64,000 nt of DNA from NCBI GenBank assembly GCA_965248625.1, contig OZ252109.1, positions 499,424 through 563,423 of the forward strand, given 5' to 3'. Shown here one piece after another: positions 49,641 to 59,885 of the stretch. The stretch comes from Longimicrobiales bacterium (GTDB lineage: Bacteria; Gemmatimonadota; Gemmatimonadetes; Longimicrobiales; Gaopeijiaceae). The notes beneath the pieces are model-generated. The model made no database searches. It was not told the origin of the DNA and saw only the letters and a list, made by a program, of their open reading frames with translations. Positions within the stretch are counted from its first letter, which is position 1. The number at the start of each line of letters is the position of its first letter. Both the position numbers and the translations under genes were made by a program.

Positions 49641-49933
49641 CGCCTGGTGCCGACCGCCAAGCGTTCGAGAACGCCCTCGAGCGAGGACACGACGCTGGCT
49701 TCGTCGGCAGCGCCCTCGCACGCGTACGTCAGGAACGCATCGGCGGCGAGCAAGCGGAAAGCGGCCTCACGATCCAAGCGCTTGGCCACGTCCACGGCCT
49801 CCAATGCACTCAGCCCGTGGACCGCCAGGGACTCCACGGACACGCCCTCGACTGGTTTGGCCTCGAGCCAAGGCCTGAACGCGTCGGGCACAGCAGGCCG
49901 GCGAGCGTCGATCCAGCGACCGAGATCGGTCAC
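49637..49933 (-). CDS. hypothetical protein (98 aa) translationally coupled between alaS and the PHP phosphatase gene
   Basis: GC3-rich codons, ATGA/TGA overlaps with both neighbours. Confidence 0.4.
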   Translation of the reverse strand: MTDLGRWIDARRPAVPDAFRPWLEAKPVEGVSVESLAVHGLSALEAVDVAKRLDREAAFRLLAADAFLTYACEGAADEASVVSSLEGVLERLAVGTRR

Positions 49934-52602
49934 GTGGAGCCGTCCTGACCGGCCAGGCCTTTGACGACAGCCTCACCCGCCGCCAATGCCTCGTCCAGTC
50001 GGCTGGGGTCTTCGACACCGGCCTGCGCCATGTGAGGCCGCCCTCCACCGCGACCGCCCACCACGGCCGCTACGCCACGAACCACCTCGTCGGCTTTGAT
50101 CCCGCGCCGGATCAGGTCGTCGCTGACGAACGTGAAGAGCGTGTTCTTCCCGCCAGGAAGCTCGGCGACCACCACAGCGACGCCGCTCGACGTCTCCTTG
50201 AGGAAGGCGTCACCGTAGCTCCGCACGTCGTCGACGTTGCGCGCTCGTAGGCGGACGCCGCGGTACGCCATGACACCGGGGCCGTCGTCGCTGAGCGGCA
50301 ACTCGGCTGCGACGACCACCGTCTCACCCGAGCTTCCGGAGCGGCTCAGCTCGTCGACGAGCCGGTCGAGCTCCTCCTTCTCGTCGAGCAGTTGGCGGGT
50401 CCGCCGAACCGCATTGTCCGAGGAGGTCTTGAGGAGCGCCGACACCTCGTCCAAGCGGGACTCGACCTCTTGATAATGGGCCAGCGCACCGGGACCGGTG
50501 ACGGCCTCGATGCGTCGAACCCCGGCGGCCACGCCGGCCTCGCTCACGATCCTGAACAGTCCGACCTCACCAGTGTGGCGCAGGTGAGTTCCGCCGCACA
50601 GCTCCATGCTGACGCCGGGTATGGTCACCGTGCGCACCTCGTCGCCGTACTTTTCCCCGAACAACGCCATCGCCCCCTGGGCCACGGCATCCGCATATGA
50701 CGTGTAACCGGTCTCGACGGGATGGTCATGCCACACGGCGCTGTTCACGAGAGCCTCTACCTCGGAGACCTCCTCTGGCCGCATCGGCGCGGTGTGCGCG
50801 AAGTCGAAGCGGAGCCGGTCGGGAGCGACGAGAGAGCCGCGCTGGGCGACGTGATCGCCGAGTACAGACCGGAGTGCCGCGTGGAGGAGATGCGTCGCCG
50901 TGTGATTTCGCTCCGTGTCATGGCGGACCGTGGTCGGGACCGTGGCCTTGGCGAGTATCGGCCCCGCGTCCTGCACCGGCGGGGTCCCACTTAGCGGTCC
51001 CAGCACCGCGACCCTGCTTCCGACTCGCACCACGCGCTCCACCGCGAGCTCCCACCCTTCGCCCTCGACGGCGCCGTGGTCCGAGATCTGGCCACCCCCC
51101 TCGGCATAGAAGGGGTTTTCACGCAACTGGAGGCCCCACTCCGTGTCCCTCGGACGCAAGGCGATGACGTCGGTTGCTATGGCTCGATGATCGTAACCCA
51201 CGAACGTCTGCTCGGCGCTCTCATCCAGCTGCTCCCAGCCTCCAGTGACGTCTGTGGCCCCGCTCCCTGGGCCCGTGTCGGCCCGGTCGGCACGACTCCT
51301 CGCGCGTTGTGCCTCGAGCGCCGCGTCGAAACCCTCCACATCCACCTCGTATCCGCGCTCGCGGGCCATCAACTGTGTCAGATCCAGCGGGAAGCCGAAC
51401 GTGTCGTGGAGCCGAAAAGCCTCCTCCCCGCCGATGACGCCACCTTCGCCCGCCCCGTTCGGCGTCATTTGGTCGAAGCGCTCCAGTCCTCCCTCGATCG
51501 TATTGAAGAACCGCTCCTCCTCTCCTCTCGTCGTTTCGCGGATGTGGTCCGCTCGCTCGCCGAGCATCGGGTACGCTTCCGACATCGTGCCGATCACCTC
51601 GTCCACCACCTCCACGAGCGTCGGCTCCCTCCTTCCCCGGAGCCAAGCGTGGCGGACCGCTCTTCGGAGAATGCGGCGAAGCACGTACCCGCGGCCTTCG
51701 TTCGATGGGAAAACCCCGTCCGCCAAGAGGAAGGCTACAGCACGGGCGTGATCGGCGAGGACTCGGTAGCTCACGCCCTCCGGACCCTCGGGGGAGTAGG
51801 GCCGTTCCATGACCCGGCCGGCGCGGTCCAACAGGGGCGCGAACAGATCGGTATGGTAATTCGAGTCGACGCCCTGCAAGACCGCGGCGAGCCTCTCCAG
51901 GCCCGCGCCCGTGTCGATGGACGGCGCCGGCAGCGGATGTTGAGTCCCGGCTTCGTCCCGGTTGAACTGCATGAAGACGAGATTCCAGAGCTCCAGGAAC
52001 TCGCCCCGCTCACCACGTTCCTCGAACTCGGCTACGGGAAGCTCCAGACCCCGCTCGGCGGGCCGACGCATGTCGTAGTGGATCTCCGAGCACGGGCCAC
52101 AGGGCCCGGTGTCGGCCATCTGCCAGAAGTTGTCCTTGTCACCAAGCCGATAGATGCGGGCCGGGTCCACACCCGCCGTGCCCTGCCAGAGCCCGAAGGC
52201 CTCGTCGTCCGTGTGATGGACGGTCACGTAGAGACGATCCGCGTCCAGCCCCAAGTCCTCGGTCAGGAACTCCCAGCCGTACTGAATGGCTTCCCGCTTG
52301 AAATAGTCGCCGAACGAGAAGTTACCGAGCATCTCGAAAAACGTATGGTGCCGTGCGGTCTGCCCCACCTGCTCGAGATCGTTGTGCTTTCCACCCGCGC
52401 GCACGCACTTCTGCGACGTCACCGCGGTCCGATACGGTACTGCTTCCTCTCCCAGGAACACCTGCTTGAATTGAACCATGCCCGCGTTGGTGAACAGGAG
52501 CGTAGGATCGTCTCCTGGCACCAACGAGGAGCTGGGTACGATGCGGTGGCCACGCTCTTCGAAGAACGCGAGGAAGCGTTGTCGGATCTGGGCGGCCTTC
52601 AT
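49930..52602 (-). CDS. alaS: alanine--tRNA ligase
   Basis: RQRFLAFFEERGH..., an editing domain (HxxxH...CGGTH) and a C-terminal DHHA1 are present. The start was trimmed to MKAAQIRQRF. Confidence 0.95.
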   Translation of the reverse strand: MKAAQIRQRFLAFFEERGHRIVPSSSLVPGDDPTLLFTNAGMVQFKQVFLGEEAVPYRTAVTSQKCVRAGGKHNDLEQVGQTARHHTFFEMLGNFSFGDYFKREAIQYGWEFLTEDLGLDADRLYVTVHHTDDEAFGLWQGTAGVDPARIYRLGDKDNFWQMADTGPCGPCSEIHYDMRRPAERGLELPVAEFEERGERGEFLELWNLVFMQFNRDEAGTQHPLPAPSIDTGAGLERLAAVLQGVDSNYHTDLFAPLLDRAGRVMERPYSPEGPEGVSYRVLADHARAVAFLLADGVFPSNEGRGYVLRRILRRAVRHAWLRGRREPTLVEVVDEVIGTMSEAYPMLGERADHIRETTRGEEERFFNTIEGGLERFDQMTPNGAGEGGVIGGEEAFRLHDTFGFPLDLTQLMARERGYEVDVEGFDAALEAQRARSRADRADTGPGSGATDVTGGWEQLDESAEQTFVGYDHRAIATDVIALRPRDTEWGLQLRENPFYAEGGGQISDHGAVEGEGWELAVERVVRVGSRVAVLGPLSGTPPVQDAGPILAKATVPTTVRHDTERNHTATHLLHAALRSVLGDHVAQRGSLVAPDRLRFDFAHTAPMRPEEVSEVEALVNSAVWHDHPVETGYTSYADAVAQGAMALFGEKYGDEVRTVTIPGVSMELCGGTHLRHTGEVGLFRIVSEAGVAAGVRRIEAVTGPGALAHYQEVESRLDEVSALLKTSSDNAVRRTRQLLDEKEELDRLVDELSRSGSSGETVVVAAELPLSDDGPGVMAYRGVRLRARNVDDVRSYGDAFLKETSSGVAVVVAELPGGKNTLFTFVSDDLIRRGIKADEVVRGVAAVVGGRGGGRPHMAQAGVEDPSRLDEALAAGEAVVKGLAGQDGST

Positions 52603-52783
52603 CGCGGCGGTCGGTGGTCGTGGGGGGAATGAAAACACGCCCCGGAAGGGGCCGTGGACATCGAACAATAACCACGCTTCGAGGCCGGGCTCAATACGTG
52701 GGCGCCTGCTTCACGAGTGAGCGAAAAAAGGCCCGGCGTCCGATCCGGAGCCGGGCCTCGCTGCGGGAGATCAGAGTTTCATG

Positions 52784-53983
52784 CTAGGTCGGCAACCCCT
52801 CGTACGCGGGCTCGGGCTGATCGACTGGCTTCGTCGAGGGACGGCTCGAGCTCTTTGTACGGCTGGCCCCTTTCGCCGTCGACCCCAACGGTGATTCGAC
52901 GGCATCAGCTGTCGTCTCGGATAAGGGGGGTGCCTCTTCCGCTGCCTCGGTCTCGTCGGAACGGGGCTCTTCGGCGCTCGTCAGCCCGAGCTCGGCTCGC
53001 ACCTTGGCTTCGATCTGTTGAGCGATGTCCTCGTTCTCCTCGAGGAACACCCGGGAATTTTCCTTTCCCTGGCCCATGCGGAGGTCGCCGTACGAGAACC
53101 ATGAGCCGGACTTGGCCACAACGCCCATCTCGACCCCCAAGTCGACCAACAGCGACGAATGGCTTATGCCCTCGTTGTATAGGATATCGAACTCGGCCTG
53201 ACGGAAGGGCGGCGCGCACTTGTTCTTGACCACCTTCACCCGCGTCCTGTTGCCCATGAATTCCTGGCCGTCCTTGATGGCCCCGATGCGCCGGATGTCC
53301 AACCGCAGCGAAGCGTAGAACTTCAAGGCGCGTCCGCCAGACGTCGTCTCCGGGCTGCCGAACATGACCCCGACCTTCTCGCGGATCTGGTTTGTGAAGA
53401 TCACCGAGGTGTGGGAGCGACTGACGGCGCCCGTGAGCTTACGAAGAGCCTGACTCATGAGACGCGCCTGTAGGCCGACGTGCGTATCGCCCATTTCGCC
53501 CTCGATCTCGGCCCGGGGCACCAATGCCGCCACGGAGTCGATGACCACGACGTCGATGGCGTTGGAGCGAATCAGGACTTCCGCGATCTCCAGGGCCTGC
53601 TCCCCCGTGTCGGGTTGTGAGACCAAGAGGTTGTCCACGTCGACGCCGAGCTTACGCGAGTACCCGATGTCCAGTGCGTGCTCCGCATCGATGAAGGCGG
53701 CGATGCCCCCCGCGCGCTGGGCATTTGCGATCACATGAAGGCAGAGGGTCGTCTTCCCACTCGATTCGGGTCCGTAGACTTCACTGATCCGGCCCCGGGG
53801 GATGCCACCGATGCCGATGGCCGCGTCGACGTTGATCGCACCTGTAGAGATCGCTTCAATTTGGAGTCGCGCGGCGTCGGACCCCATGCGCATGATGGCG
53901 CCCTTGCCGTAGGCACGCTCGATCTGGGTGAGGGCCGTATCGAGGTCTTTGCTCTTCGTGTCGTTGCGATCGCCGCGCGCCAT
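52784..53983 (-). CDS. recA: recombinase RecA (with about 50-aa low-complexity C-terminal tail)
   Basis: [27 protein letters not shown] Walker A and loops L1/L2 are present. The start was trimmed to [12 protein letters not shown]; the upstream 165 codons of the ORF are not conserved. Confidence 0.95.
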   Translation of the reverse strand: MARGDRNDTKSKDLDTALTQIERAYGKGAIMRMGSDAARLQIEAISTGAINVDAAIGIGGIPRGRISEVYGPESSGKTTLCLHVIANAQRAGGIAAFIDAEHALDIGYSRKLGVDVDNLLVSQPDTGEQALEIAEVLIRSNAIDVVVIDSVAALVPRAEIEGEMGDTHVGLQARLMSQALRKLTGAVSRSHTSVIFTNQIREKVGVMFGSPETTSGGRALKFYASLRLDIRRIGAIKDGQEFMGNRTRVKVVKNKCAPPFRQAEFDILYNEGISHSSLLVDLGVEMGVVAKSGSWFSYGDLRMGQGKENSRVFLEENEDIAQQIEAKVRAELGLTSAEEPRSDETEAAEEAPPLSETTADAVESPLGSTAKGASRTKSSSRPSTKPVDQPEPAYEGLPT

Positions 53984-54377
53984 CGTCGTCCGTCTCCGTA
54001 GGGGCTTCAAGGGTGGAAGCGGGCCCTCTCCATGACGGACCCGATCGTAAGCGGGAGGCCCGACCGAGTCGATCGGGCAACGCAAGATACCACACCCGAA
54101 GATAAAGCGAAAGGACACCCCGCTGAAGGCAAGATAAGGCGCTGTCGAGGAGAGGGGAATGTTCCTGTGGGACGGGTTCCGCGCCTCCCTGGGGCTGCGG
54201 AGGCTAGCCCCCCTCGGGAACCTCGGCATCGACCAGGGAGTTGAAGGAGGCGCGCGAGGACGGGACGGCTTGATCGTCCGCCGGAGTTGCCGGGGCGCCT
54301 TCAGACTGCTTCCTTCCCAGCGCCGATCCCGGCACGCGACTCGCGACTCAACCTGGCACGCCTCTGGAGCCTTCGAA

Positions 54378-55190
54378 GTGACGAAACAAGCGACCTGGCT
54401 TCTGCCGCTCATCGCCACGGCGGCCTTTTCTCCGGCCTCAGCGGACGGGCAAGACGTCCCGGACCACGCCGCGTTCACAGAGATCCTGGCGGAGGTCGTC
54501 CAAGCGCCGATGGTGGACTACGAGGCGCTCAAGCTCCGTCAGGTCGATTTCGACGGCTATCTCGAGCAGCTCTCGAACACGGATCTCGCGGCCCTAGAGC
54601 GGGCGTCTCGGGGGGTCCGTCTCGCGTTTTGGATCAATGCGTACAACGCATGCATGCTCCAACGGGTCGCGGTTCACTATCCGATTCAAAAGAACGCGGG
54701 TTTCCTCGGCTCCATCCGCAACGCGATCACCGATCGACCGGAGAATTCGGTGTGGCAGATCAGGGACGTCTTCACGGAGAGGTTCTGTTCTGTGGCTGGC
54801 GCTTCGCGCTCGTTGGACGAGATCGAGCATGAGATCATCCGGCCGTTGGGCGAGCCACGCATCCACTTCGTCGTCAACTGTGCGGCCCGCAGCTGCCCGC
54901 CCCTCGCCCCGGAGGCGTATGTGGCGGATCGGTTAGATGAGCAGCTCGACCGCGCCGTCCTGGGGCTGATCAGCAACCCACAACACTTCCGGATCGATCG
55001 AGAGGGCGCTGGTGTCGTCACGCTGAACCGAGTGCTCGACTGGTACGGAGACGACTTCGGGGGGAAGGAAGGGCTGCTGCGCTTCTTGGCTGATTACGTG
55101 GCACCAGCCGACGCAGAGCTTCTGGGCCGTGCCGACGTCGAGGTGCGGTTCTTCGAATACGACTGGACGCTGAACGACATCGGGCGTTGA
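54378..55190 (+). CDS. DUF547-domain protein (secreted; GTG start, signal peptide)
   Basis: [10 protein letters not shown]...[14 protein letters not shown] fits the DUF547 core. It has an N-terminal signal ([21 protein letters not shown]). Confidence 0.7.
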   Translation: MTKQATWLLPLIATAAFSPASADGQDVPDHAAFTEILAEVVQAPMVDYEALKLRQVDFDGYLEQLSNTDLAALERASRGVRLAFWINAYNACMLQRVAVHYPIQKNAGFLGSIRNAITDRPENSVWQIRDVFTERFCSVAGASRSLDEIEHEIIRPLGEPRIHFVVNCAARSCPPLAPEAYVADRLDEQLDRAVLGLISNPQHFRIDREGAGVVTLNRVLDWYGDDFGGKEGLLRFLADYVAPADAELLGRADVEVRFFEYDWTLNDIGR

Positions 55191-56509
55191 GCCCCGAGCG
55201 CCTGGGGGTCGTGATCCCGACCCTCGACGAAGCACATCACCTCCCCGCTCTCCTGCAAGACCTCGCCGAGCTCGCGGTTCCGAGCCGAATCGTCGTCTCG
55301 GACGGAGGGTCACGGGACGACACAGTCCGCGTCGCGCGAGAGGGGGGCGCCGAGTGCGTCTCCAGCCCCCCGGGACGGGCCGTCCAGCTCAATGCCGGAG
55401 CTCGGGCTCTCGACACTCCCTGGCTCCTGTTTCTGCATGCGGATTCCCGGCTACCGGCGACCTCGAGGGCGGCTGTCGCACAATGGCTGGGGTCGGAGCC
55501 GGACTCGTCCGCGGCCTACTTCCGCTTCGCTTTGACGGGGGAGGGGTGGTTCTGGCGCTTCATTGAGCTGGGGCAGTGGATTCGCGAGCGGGTCTCGGGT
55601 CTGGTTTATGGAGATCAAGGGCTGCTTGTCACCAGAGAGGCATTCGACGCGATTGGAGGGTATCCGGAGCTGCCATTGATGGAGGACGTGGAGATCGTCC
55701 GCCGACTTCGGCGCACTGCGGGACTCGAGCGCCTCGAGGGACCCCTCTTCACGAGCCCTCGTGCCTACGAGCGTTGCGGGAGATGGAGAGGATGGTTCCG
55801 CAATACGGCGACGATTTCCCTGTACATGGCGGGGATGGCGCCCAACCGCCTCGCCCGGTGGTATCCGCGGGGCAGAAGTAGCGCGGAGGGACAGGTGGCA
55901 CGAGACGATTCGTTCGACGGCCGAGCCTTGATGGTCTTCGCGAAGGCACCGCGGCCCGGCTCTGTGAAGACGCGGTTGGCGGCGGACATCGGCGACCTCG
56001 AGGCCGCATCCGTTTATCGCGTGCTGGGGCGCCGAGTCCTGGATCAGGTCCGCGACGGCAGCTATCGGACCGTCGTGTACTACGACCCTCCAGAAGCTGT
56101 CGCGACCGTTCGAGAATGGTTGGGAGACTCCGGCGTGGAGTACCGGCCCCAGAGCGGAGACGGCCTGGGAGAGCGACTCGAGCACGCCTTCGCCGAGGCG
56201 TTCGAAGCGTCTCGCCGCGTCTGCGTGATTGGCACGGACGCCCCCGGGGTCGACCGGAAGCGCGTCGAGCAGGCGTTCGATTCACTCGACGGCAGCGACG
56301 TCGTTTTCGGGCCCACGTCCGACGGAGGGTACTACCTGATCGGGCTCAACCGACCCCAGCCAGAGCTGTTCCGCGGGGTCCCATGGAGCACGGATCAGGT
56401 CTTCGAGGCGAGCTTCGAACGAGCGTCCGCGCTGGGGCTCCGCCCCTCGACGCTCCCCGCTCTGTCGGACATCGACACGCTCGAAGACCTCGAGGAGGTC
56501 GGACTCTGA
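55187..56509 (+). CDS. fused family-2 glycosyltransferase (TIGR04283-like) + DUF2064 (TIGR04282-like) protein
   Basis: The N-terminal GT2 part is present (LGVVIPTLDEAHHL...VSDGGSRDDT...LFLHADSRLP). The C-terminal DUF2064 part is present (LMVFAKAPRPGSVKTRLA...VIGTDAPGV...GPTSDGGYYLIGL). There is a 4-bp overlap with the DUF547 gene. Confidence 0.75.
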   Translation: MSPERLGVVIPTLDEAHHLPALLQDLAELAVPSRIVVSDGGSRDDTVRVAREGGAECVSSPPGRAVQLNAGARALDTPWLLFLHADSRLPATSRAAVAQWLGSEPDSSAAYFRFALTGEGWFWRFIELGQWIRERVSGLVYGDQGLLVTREAFDAIGGYPELPLMEDVEIVRRLRRTAGLERLEGPLFTSPRAYERCGRWRGWFRNTATISLYMAGMAPNRLARWYPRGRSSAEGQVARDDSFDGRALMVFAKAPRPGSVKTRLAADIGDLEAASVYRVLGRRVLDQVRDGSYRTVVYYDPPEAVATVREWLGDSGVEYRPQSGDGLGERLEHAFAEAFEASRRVCVIGTDAPGVDRKRVEQAFDSLDGSDVVFGPTSDGGYYLIGLNRPQPELFRGVPWSTDQVFEASFERASALGLRPSTLPALSDIDTLEDLEEVGL

Positions 56510-56716
56510 CGTCGCCGGTACTCAGCCAGCCTTGATGCGTACCTGCGGAGGTGGGCGGCGCTGGGTGCTCGTAGGGGCCCGTGACACCGCACCGGCGCGA
56601 CCTGCGTGCCCATCGCTTGCGACGGCAACCCCAAGCCGCGCATCTTTGCGCTCGCTCCGTCTCCCGCGAGCCGCGGCTCGACGAGGGACTCGCCCCCAGC
56701 CTCCCCCCCTGATTCG

Positions 56717-57130
56717 ATGACGGATCCAGAACAGCAGCCGTCCCGTCTCCGTTTCGCGGACTACGAGTTCGAGCGTTACCCGGACAGCCGTTGTCGAGTC
56801 CGCGTCCGGCTCGAGTGGACCGATGGCGCGTCCTACTCGGGCGAAGCAGAGGGCACGGACACGTTCCAAGGAAGGATCCGCCTGGGCGCTACTGCGTGCT
56901 TGAAGGCAGCGCAGCAACACGCTGGGGAGCGCATCCTCCTGGAGTTGCGCGGCGCCAAAGCCGTGCGCGCATTCGACCAGTGGGTCGTCGTGGTGTCGCT
57001 GCGCGGCCGAGCTGGGGAAGAGCGGTATCAGCTCCTCGCTTCCTTCGCAGCACCGGACGAAGACGTGGCCCGCGGGGCCGTGCTCTCCGTCCTCGACGCG
57101 ACCAACCGTGTTCTGAGCAAGCAGGGATAG
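56717..57130 (+). CDS. hypothetical protein (about 137 aa)
   Basis: GC3-rich codons. It is followed by a perfect hairpin terminator. The ORF opens at 56606; Met at 56717 is the preferred start. Confidence 0.5.
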   Translation: MTDPEQQPSRLRFADYEFERYPDSRCRVRVRLEWTDGASYSGEAEGTDTFQGRIRLGATACLKAAQQHAGERILLELRGAKAVRAFDQWVVVVSLRGRAGEERYQLLASFAAPDEDVARGAVLSVLDATNRVLSKQG

Positions 57131-57170
57131 CCAGCCCTGCCGGACGTCGAACCTCCTCGAGAAAAGCAAA

Positions 57171-57210
57171 GAGCCCGCCCCGGCAGCTGCCGGGGCGGGC
57201 TCTCTTCTTC
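57171..57210. terminator. bidirectional Rho-independent terminator between convergent genes
   Basis: GAGCCCGCCCCGGCAGC/TGCCGGGGCGGGCTC is a perfect 15-bp stem. It is flanked by AAAAGCAAA on one side and TCTTCTTC on the other. Coordinates are approximate. Confidence 0.6.
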
Positions 57211-57224
57211 GCGTCGGCGCAGTC

Positions 57225-58676
57225 TTAGCCGCGAACGCGCTCCGGCCGCTCGTAAGGCTGCCAGCTGCCTGGCGTGACCGGCACGTAGATCGTTGGAATC
57301 GGGTCGGCGTTGGCGTCGCTCGTCTCGGCGAACAGCGGGACTCCCATCCACTCGCCCACGCGTGTGATGTCACCGCAGTTCAGGCTGACCTGGCCGCCGG
57401 TCTTGTTGTACCGGAAGTTGCCGTGCTCCAGCGAGCTGTCCGTCGCGTTGAACCAGTCGGCCTCCCCGGCGTAGGTGCCCGACAGCGCTCCGAGCGGGAT
57501 GCGCTCGGTGCCGTCCGGGCCCCGCTGGACCGTCATGTTCTGGCCCGTGGCGAGACAGATCGTACGGTCCGTCGTCGCCGGCGGTGGATGCGGAACCTCT
57601 CGCTCGACGATGACCGTGTCAGGCGGCGGCGCAGGCAGTTGGACGGTGTCGGGTGCTATGCGGTCGAGCAGCCGCGGCGAGCAGAGCCCGCCGTCGGCTG
57701 GGCACAGGGCCAGCGAAGCGAGGACACCGTACTTGGCGCTTCGGTACTCGGTCACGTCCTCTTTGTAGTTGGCACCGAGGATGAAGCCGCCCACGCGGAT
57801 GCCGTTGTAGTCGAGCTGGAGGCCCGCGTTCACGTCCCAGCCGTTGTACTCACCGATGAGGTTGAGAATTGCGGTCTCGCCCAGCCCGATGTGGACCGCG
57901 CTGGCAGCCATCCACCCGCGGGACGAGTCTGTCCCGTACCAGTCGAGCTCATCACCACCTCCCTCACCTTCGGAGGCCAGCACCGTGCCGCCGAACATCC
58001 CTTCACCGTACCCGAGCCCGAAGCTGAAGTCGTGCTGCGGGAGCCAGTCGACTTCGAATCCGCGAAGCTGGAAGTTGCTCATGATGTACGGCGAGAAGTT
58101 GGTCTTCACGTTGTCCGGGTTCGTAACGCCGGTGTAGCTCTCTGCGAAGCGGTTGTCGGGGAAGCCCAATCGGGGCGGCATGTAATCGCTTCGCGACGGG
58201 GTCACGCCGTCGAAGGTGGGGCTACTTACGAAGCGGCCGCCGATGGCCAGACCGAGGCCGTTGTTCTCTGGCCGTATGAGCGCGACGCGCCCGAAGCCAC
58301 CGAAGATCGTGCCGCCCTTGTCGGCGTCATCGAAGTGCTGGAATGAAGCACCCACCTCCACCCGATCGAACAGCCCGATCGCGACCGAGCCATCCTGCCG
58401 CCAGTCGTCGACCACGGTCCCGCTGAACCCAGCCGACCGGCCCGCGGGGTCGATGTAGACGCGATCGTCGAGGCTGACCGCGAAGCCGGAATACGTGCCG
58501 GTGATCGCCATGTGCGGAAGAACGCTGGCGGCTGGCACGTCGAGGAAGCCCGAGCCGTAGCGCAGGGTGCTGGGCATCTTGGAGTGCTGGCCAGCGAGGT
58601 CACCCGCTCCCGCCAAGCCGACTACGGCGGCGAGCAGGCCTGTAAACCACCCGCTCTTACTCCGAGCTATTCTCAT
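57225..58676 (-). CDS. secreted Gly-rich protein of unknown function (signal peptide; about 484 aa)
   Basis: The start was trimmed to MRIARSKSGWFTGLLAAVVGLAGAG, which is preceded by GGAGG. The upstream 212 Arg-rich codons of the ORF are rejected. The composition is beta-rich and Gly-rich; it is possibly an outer-membrane beta-barrel. Confidence 0.6.
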   Translation of the reverse strand: MRIARSKSGWFTGLLAAVVGLAGAGDLAGQHSKMPSTLRYGSGFLDVPAASVLPHMAITGTYSGFAVSLDDRVYIDPAGRSAGFSGTVVDDWRQDGSVAIGLFDRVEVGASFQHFDDADKGGTIFGGFGRVALIRPENNGLGLAIGGRFVSSPTFDGVTPSRSDYMPPRLGFPDNRFAESYTGVTNPDNVKTNFSPYIMSNFQLRGFEVDWLPQHDFSFGLGYGEGMFGGTVLASEGEGGGDELDWYGTDSSRGWMAASAVHIGLGETAILNLIGEYNGWDVNAGLQLDYNGIRVGGFILGANYKEDVTEYRSAKYGVLASLALCPADGGLCSPRLLDRIAPDTVQLPAPPPDTVIVEREVPHPPPATTDRTICLATGQNMTVQRGPDGTERIPLGALSGTYAGEADWFNATDSSLEHGNFRYNKTGGQVSLNCGDITRVGEWMGVPLFAETSDANADPIPTIYVPVTPGSWQPYERPERVRG

Positions 58677-58795
58677 CGTGCCGTTCCTCCGAACGTAGGA
58701 AGGATGGGTCCGGTTATGTGCGGAACCCGAATCTTTCGGGGCAAATGTAATACAACCATCCGGTTCGGAATAGCGAGAATCGTGCCACTCAAGGG

Positions 58796-59827
58796 CTATT
58801 CCGGAATCTCTCGTAGCGCCGAGCGCAAAACCTCTAAAGTGCGCTCGATAGCTGGATTCTCGATGTCCAGGTGGGTCACTGCCCGGAGCCGGCGCAGCCC
58901 GTATCGGGTCATCAGAATTCTGTGCCCCTCCAAAAAACCCAGGAGCGCCTCCGCGGAGACCTCGGGATGAACGATGTCGATCATCACGAAGTTGGTGTCG
59001 GGCGGCACCGGGTTGATGCCCTCTATGCCTTCGACACCGAGTGCCAGGTCGCGGGCGGCCGCGTGGTCCTCCAGGAGGCGCTCCCGGTTGTGGTCCAAAG
59101 CGTAGAGCCCGGCGGCGGCCAAGAGCCCCGATTGCCTCATTGCACCCCCGAGTCGCCGCCGCACTCCCCAGGCGTCTTCCATGAGAGAAACGGGACCCGC
59201 GAGCACAGACCCGACCGGAGCTCCAAGACCCTTCGAAAGGGAGACCATCACCGTGTCGGAGCAAGCGGCGAATGCATCCACCTCGAGCCCGGTCGCGGCA
59301 GCGGCATTCCAAAGACGAGCACCATCGAGGTGGAGCGCGATGCCTTTCTCCCGAGTGAGCTCGAACACGGCGCGCATATGCGGGAGTGGAAGCACGCGAC
59401 CCCCGGCCGAGCCATGGGTATTTTCGAGGCAGACGATGGAGGTCCGGGGGAGGTAGCGGTCGAGAGGGCGGATGGCACTGCTCGTGAGCTCGGCGGTGAG
59501 AATGCCATCGGGCGCTGCAACGGGCCGGAGTTGGAGTCCGCTCCAGGCCGCCGCCCCGGCCCCTTCCAAGTGGAACACGTGAGCCCCCGCCTCGACAACG
59601 GCCTCGGTGCCCGCTCGACCGAGGATGGCCAACGCGGTCTGGTTGGCCATGGTCCCGCTGGGAAAGAACAGGGCGCGCTCCTTGCCTAGCAGATCAGCGA
59701 TCCGCTCTTCGAGCGCCCTCGTCGTGGGGTCGTCACCCAGGTGGTCATCCCCGACCACGGCCTCGGCGATCGCCTTGCGCATCCCCGCTGAGGGCCGTGT
59801 GACCGTGTCGCTGCGGAGGTCGATCAC
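58796..59827 (-). CDS. ltaE: low-specificity L-threonine aldolase
   Basis: IDLRSDTVTRP, PLP-fold and SLSKGLGAPVGS are present. It has a GTG start. Confidence 0.85.
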   Translation of the reverse strand: MIDLRSDTVTRPSAGMRKAIAEAVVGDDHLGDDPTTRALEERIADLLGKERALFFPSGTMANQTALAILGRAGTEAVVEAGAHVFHLEGAGAAAWSGLQLRPVAAPDGILTAELTSSAIRPLDRYLPRTSIVCLENTHGSAGGRVLPLPHMRAVFELTREKGIALHLDGARLWNAAAATGLEVDAFAACSDTVMVSLSKGLGAPVGSVLAGPVSLMEDAWGVRRRLGGAMRQSGLLAAAGLYALDHNRERLLEDHAAARDLALGVEGIEGINPVPPDTNFVMIDIVHPEVSAEALLGFLEGHRILMTRYGLRRLRAVTHLDIENPAIERTLEVLRSALREIPE

Positions 59828-59885
59828 TCCCGGGACCACGTGGCCTCTCTTCGCGGCGTCCGAAGCATTGGGACGGAGAGGAGAA

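Noticed and set aside
52784-54478. The 165-codon N-terminal extension of the recA ORF, which would give a 564-aa RecA
   Set aside because: The extension is non-conserved, Arg/Pro-rich, and overlaps the divergent regulatory region. RecA homology starts exactly at [12 protein letters not shown].
57225-59312. The first 212 codons of the 695-aa minus-strand ORF (58677-59312), Arg/Gly/Pro-rich (RGSRFSHGRRLG…PRGRPRPGTRCRRHRGH)
   Set aside because: The composition is typical of out-of-frame high-GC sequence, and the region overlaps the ltaE coding sequence on the same strand. A signal-peptide Met (MRIARSKSGWFTGLLAAV) preceded by GGAGG gives a sensible start at 58676.
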